Positions 62,676 to 64,000 of a DNA stretch of 64,000 bases are shown piece after piece (position 1 is the first letter of the stretch; the number at the start of each line of letters is the position of its first letter). The stretch covers positions 84,012,001 to 84,076,000 of the forward strand of contig NC_045697.1 in NCBI RefSeq assembly GCF_009834535.1. The letters are read 5' to 3'. A program made the translations under genes and the position numbers. The notes beneath the pieces were generated by a model, which made no database searches, had not been told where the DNA came from, and saw only the letters and a program-made list of their open reading frames with translations. This DNA is from Camelus ferus (lineage: Eukaryota).

Positions 62676-64000
62676 GTATAAAACATTTGTTGGAATATAT
62701 ATTTCCTCCTGAAGCTACATGGGAATGATTATAAGTCCTACTTACACATATAAATTGTTATTTATGGGGAAATGAGGGTGCTCTGTAGAAGATCGGGATA
62801 GTTAAACAGAAAAATCATAGTGTTTGAAAAATGGCAATTCTAATCAACTGAATTTTCTGTTTAATTGAGAATTAACTTGAAAAATTTTATTTCAAGAACT
62901 TTGTTGAAAATCTCAGGTATTTTAGACTGCTTCCTTTGGAAGCTAAGTATATGGAACACAATTTAATACTTCTAAGTCAACATTTTTTGGTGGATCAGGA
63001 TCACTAAATTATAATTCCTAGATTCCTAGATGAATTTAAAATGTTTAAATGTTAAAAGATTACACTGTATAAGATTTATTTAAATAGAAAGAGGATGCCT
63101 AGGAGAAGGAAAAGAACCAAAAAATCCTTAAAAGCAGCCCAATTTCTGTTTGCCAATAAAAACCATATTTGGATATGAGCAAAAAGCCAATGGTTCGAAT
63201 AAAGTTTTTGGACTGTCAATGCAAATCACTTGTCAATTTCATGTCTCCAAATACTACTCTTCTCACCTGATAGCTTAAAAATGCAGAAGTCAACCTTAAA
63301 TATAAAAACAAAAGAAAACAATAAAGGTAATGACAAAAAAAACTGTAGAATCAGCATTTTTACCATGTCCAAATCACAGTATAGTCCAAACTAACTTTGT
63401 AAGTGAGGCCCTGACCGCGGAATCCACAAAGGAAAGCTCTGGCTTCCTGAAAAGCAGCCTTCAGGACGACAAGAGAGGACTTTTCACACAGAATTTCAAA
63501 AACTTCCAGGTTTTGCCTTAACTTTGCAGAAAAACTACATACAGCATTACCTCCCTGATACTTATTCAATATGTTTCCATTTCTATACAAATGTGAACTC
63601 ACATTGGCCAAAATCTTGTGAAAATAAAGGAAATCTAGCGTTAGTCTCAGAATCTCCCAGCTAAATATTTACCCTTCAAGCCCAATGTTTAAGCCCCTGG
63701 GATCCTACTTATTTATAAAGCTGCAATTTGCTTTTAAAAGGGATCTAACAGGAATGTTGCCAAGTGTAGTCACAGTGTTGGCCACTTTTATGCATAAATC
63801 TCTGAGGTATTTGAAGAGTTTCATCTTGGTAAAGGTTTAATGACACCCAAAATGGGAGAAAAACCTGTTCTAATTTATTCCCTTTTGGTGTCTTTGCTGA
63901 TTTAATGAGGCCAGTTTCTTTAGAACACACTTGTGGTGTGGGACATCCCCTACTAGTTCTTGTTTTGATTGTGATGACTATCAGTGGGAAAATTCTTGGT

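Noticed and set aside
1..64000. CRISPR arrays, operons, rRNA, snoRNA/miRNA genes or processed pseudogenes
   Set aside because: Eukaryotic intronic DNA with no repeat-spacer array or RNA gene that I could recognise. An Infernal/Rfam scan and BLASTX would be needed to exclude small or highly decayed ones.

Overview
Mammalian genomic DNA, most likely camelid (alpaca/llama/camel): it carries two tRNA-Ala-derived SINEs of the camelid Vic-1 type and a cetartiodactyl-type L1 3' end, and I saw no Alu, BovB/Bov-A, PRE1 or CanSINE. The only coding sequence I can support is a 152-nt exon at 62524-62675 (+) encoding IRSQSKASGSGLCEGDEVVSINGNPCADLTYPEVIKLMESITDSLQMLIK(R). I recognise it as exon 2 (PDZ domain) of SYNPO2 (synaptopodin-2/myopodin). 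Bases 1-62523 are therefore inferred to be the distal part of the very long first intron, and 62676-64000 the start of intron 2. The intron is a fossil field of MIR, L2, MaLR/ERVL/ERV1 LTRs, hAT-Charlie DNA transposons and L1/HAL1 pieces, several with readable target-site duplications. Nearly all ORFs in the supplied track look spurious or repeat-derived. The most unusual structure is a diverged ~490-bp inverted duplication of apparently non-repeat DNA (31093-31583 vs 33311-33803). It has a near-identical 53-bp core, its second copy appears to interrupt an L2 fossil, and its first copy holds a strong 3' splice-site-like tract. Also notable are an L1 insertion flanked by an unusually long (~123-bp) duplication, muscle-type enhancer motif clusters (AP-1 plus CArG; MEF2 plus NF-kB), and a CpG-richer promoter-like patch ~12 kb upstream of exon 2. 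Repeat family names and old-repeat boundaries were assigned by eye and are approximate. I do not see evidence of a new multi-gene system.
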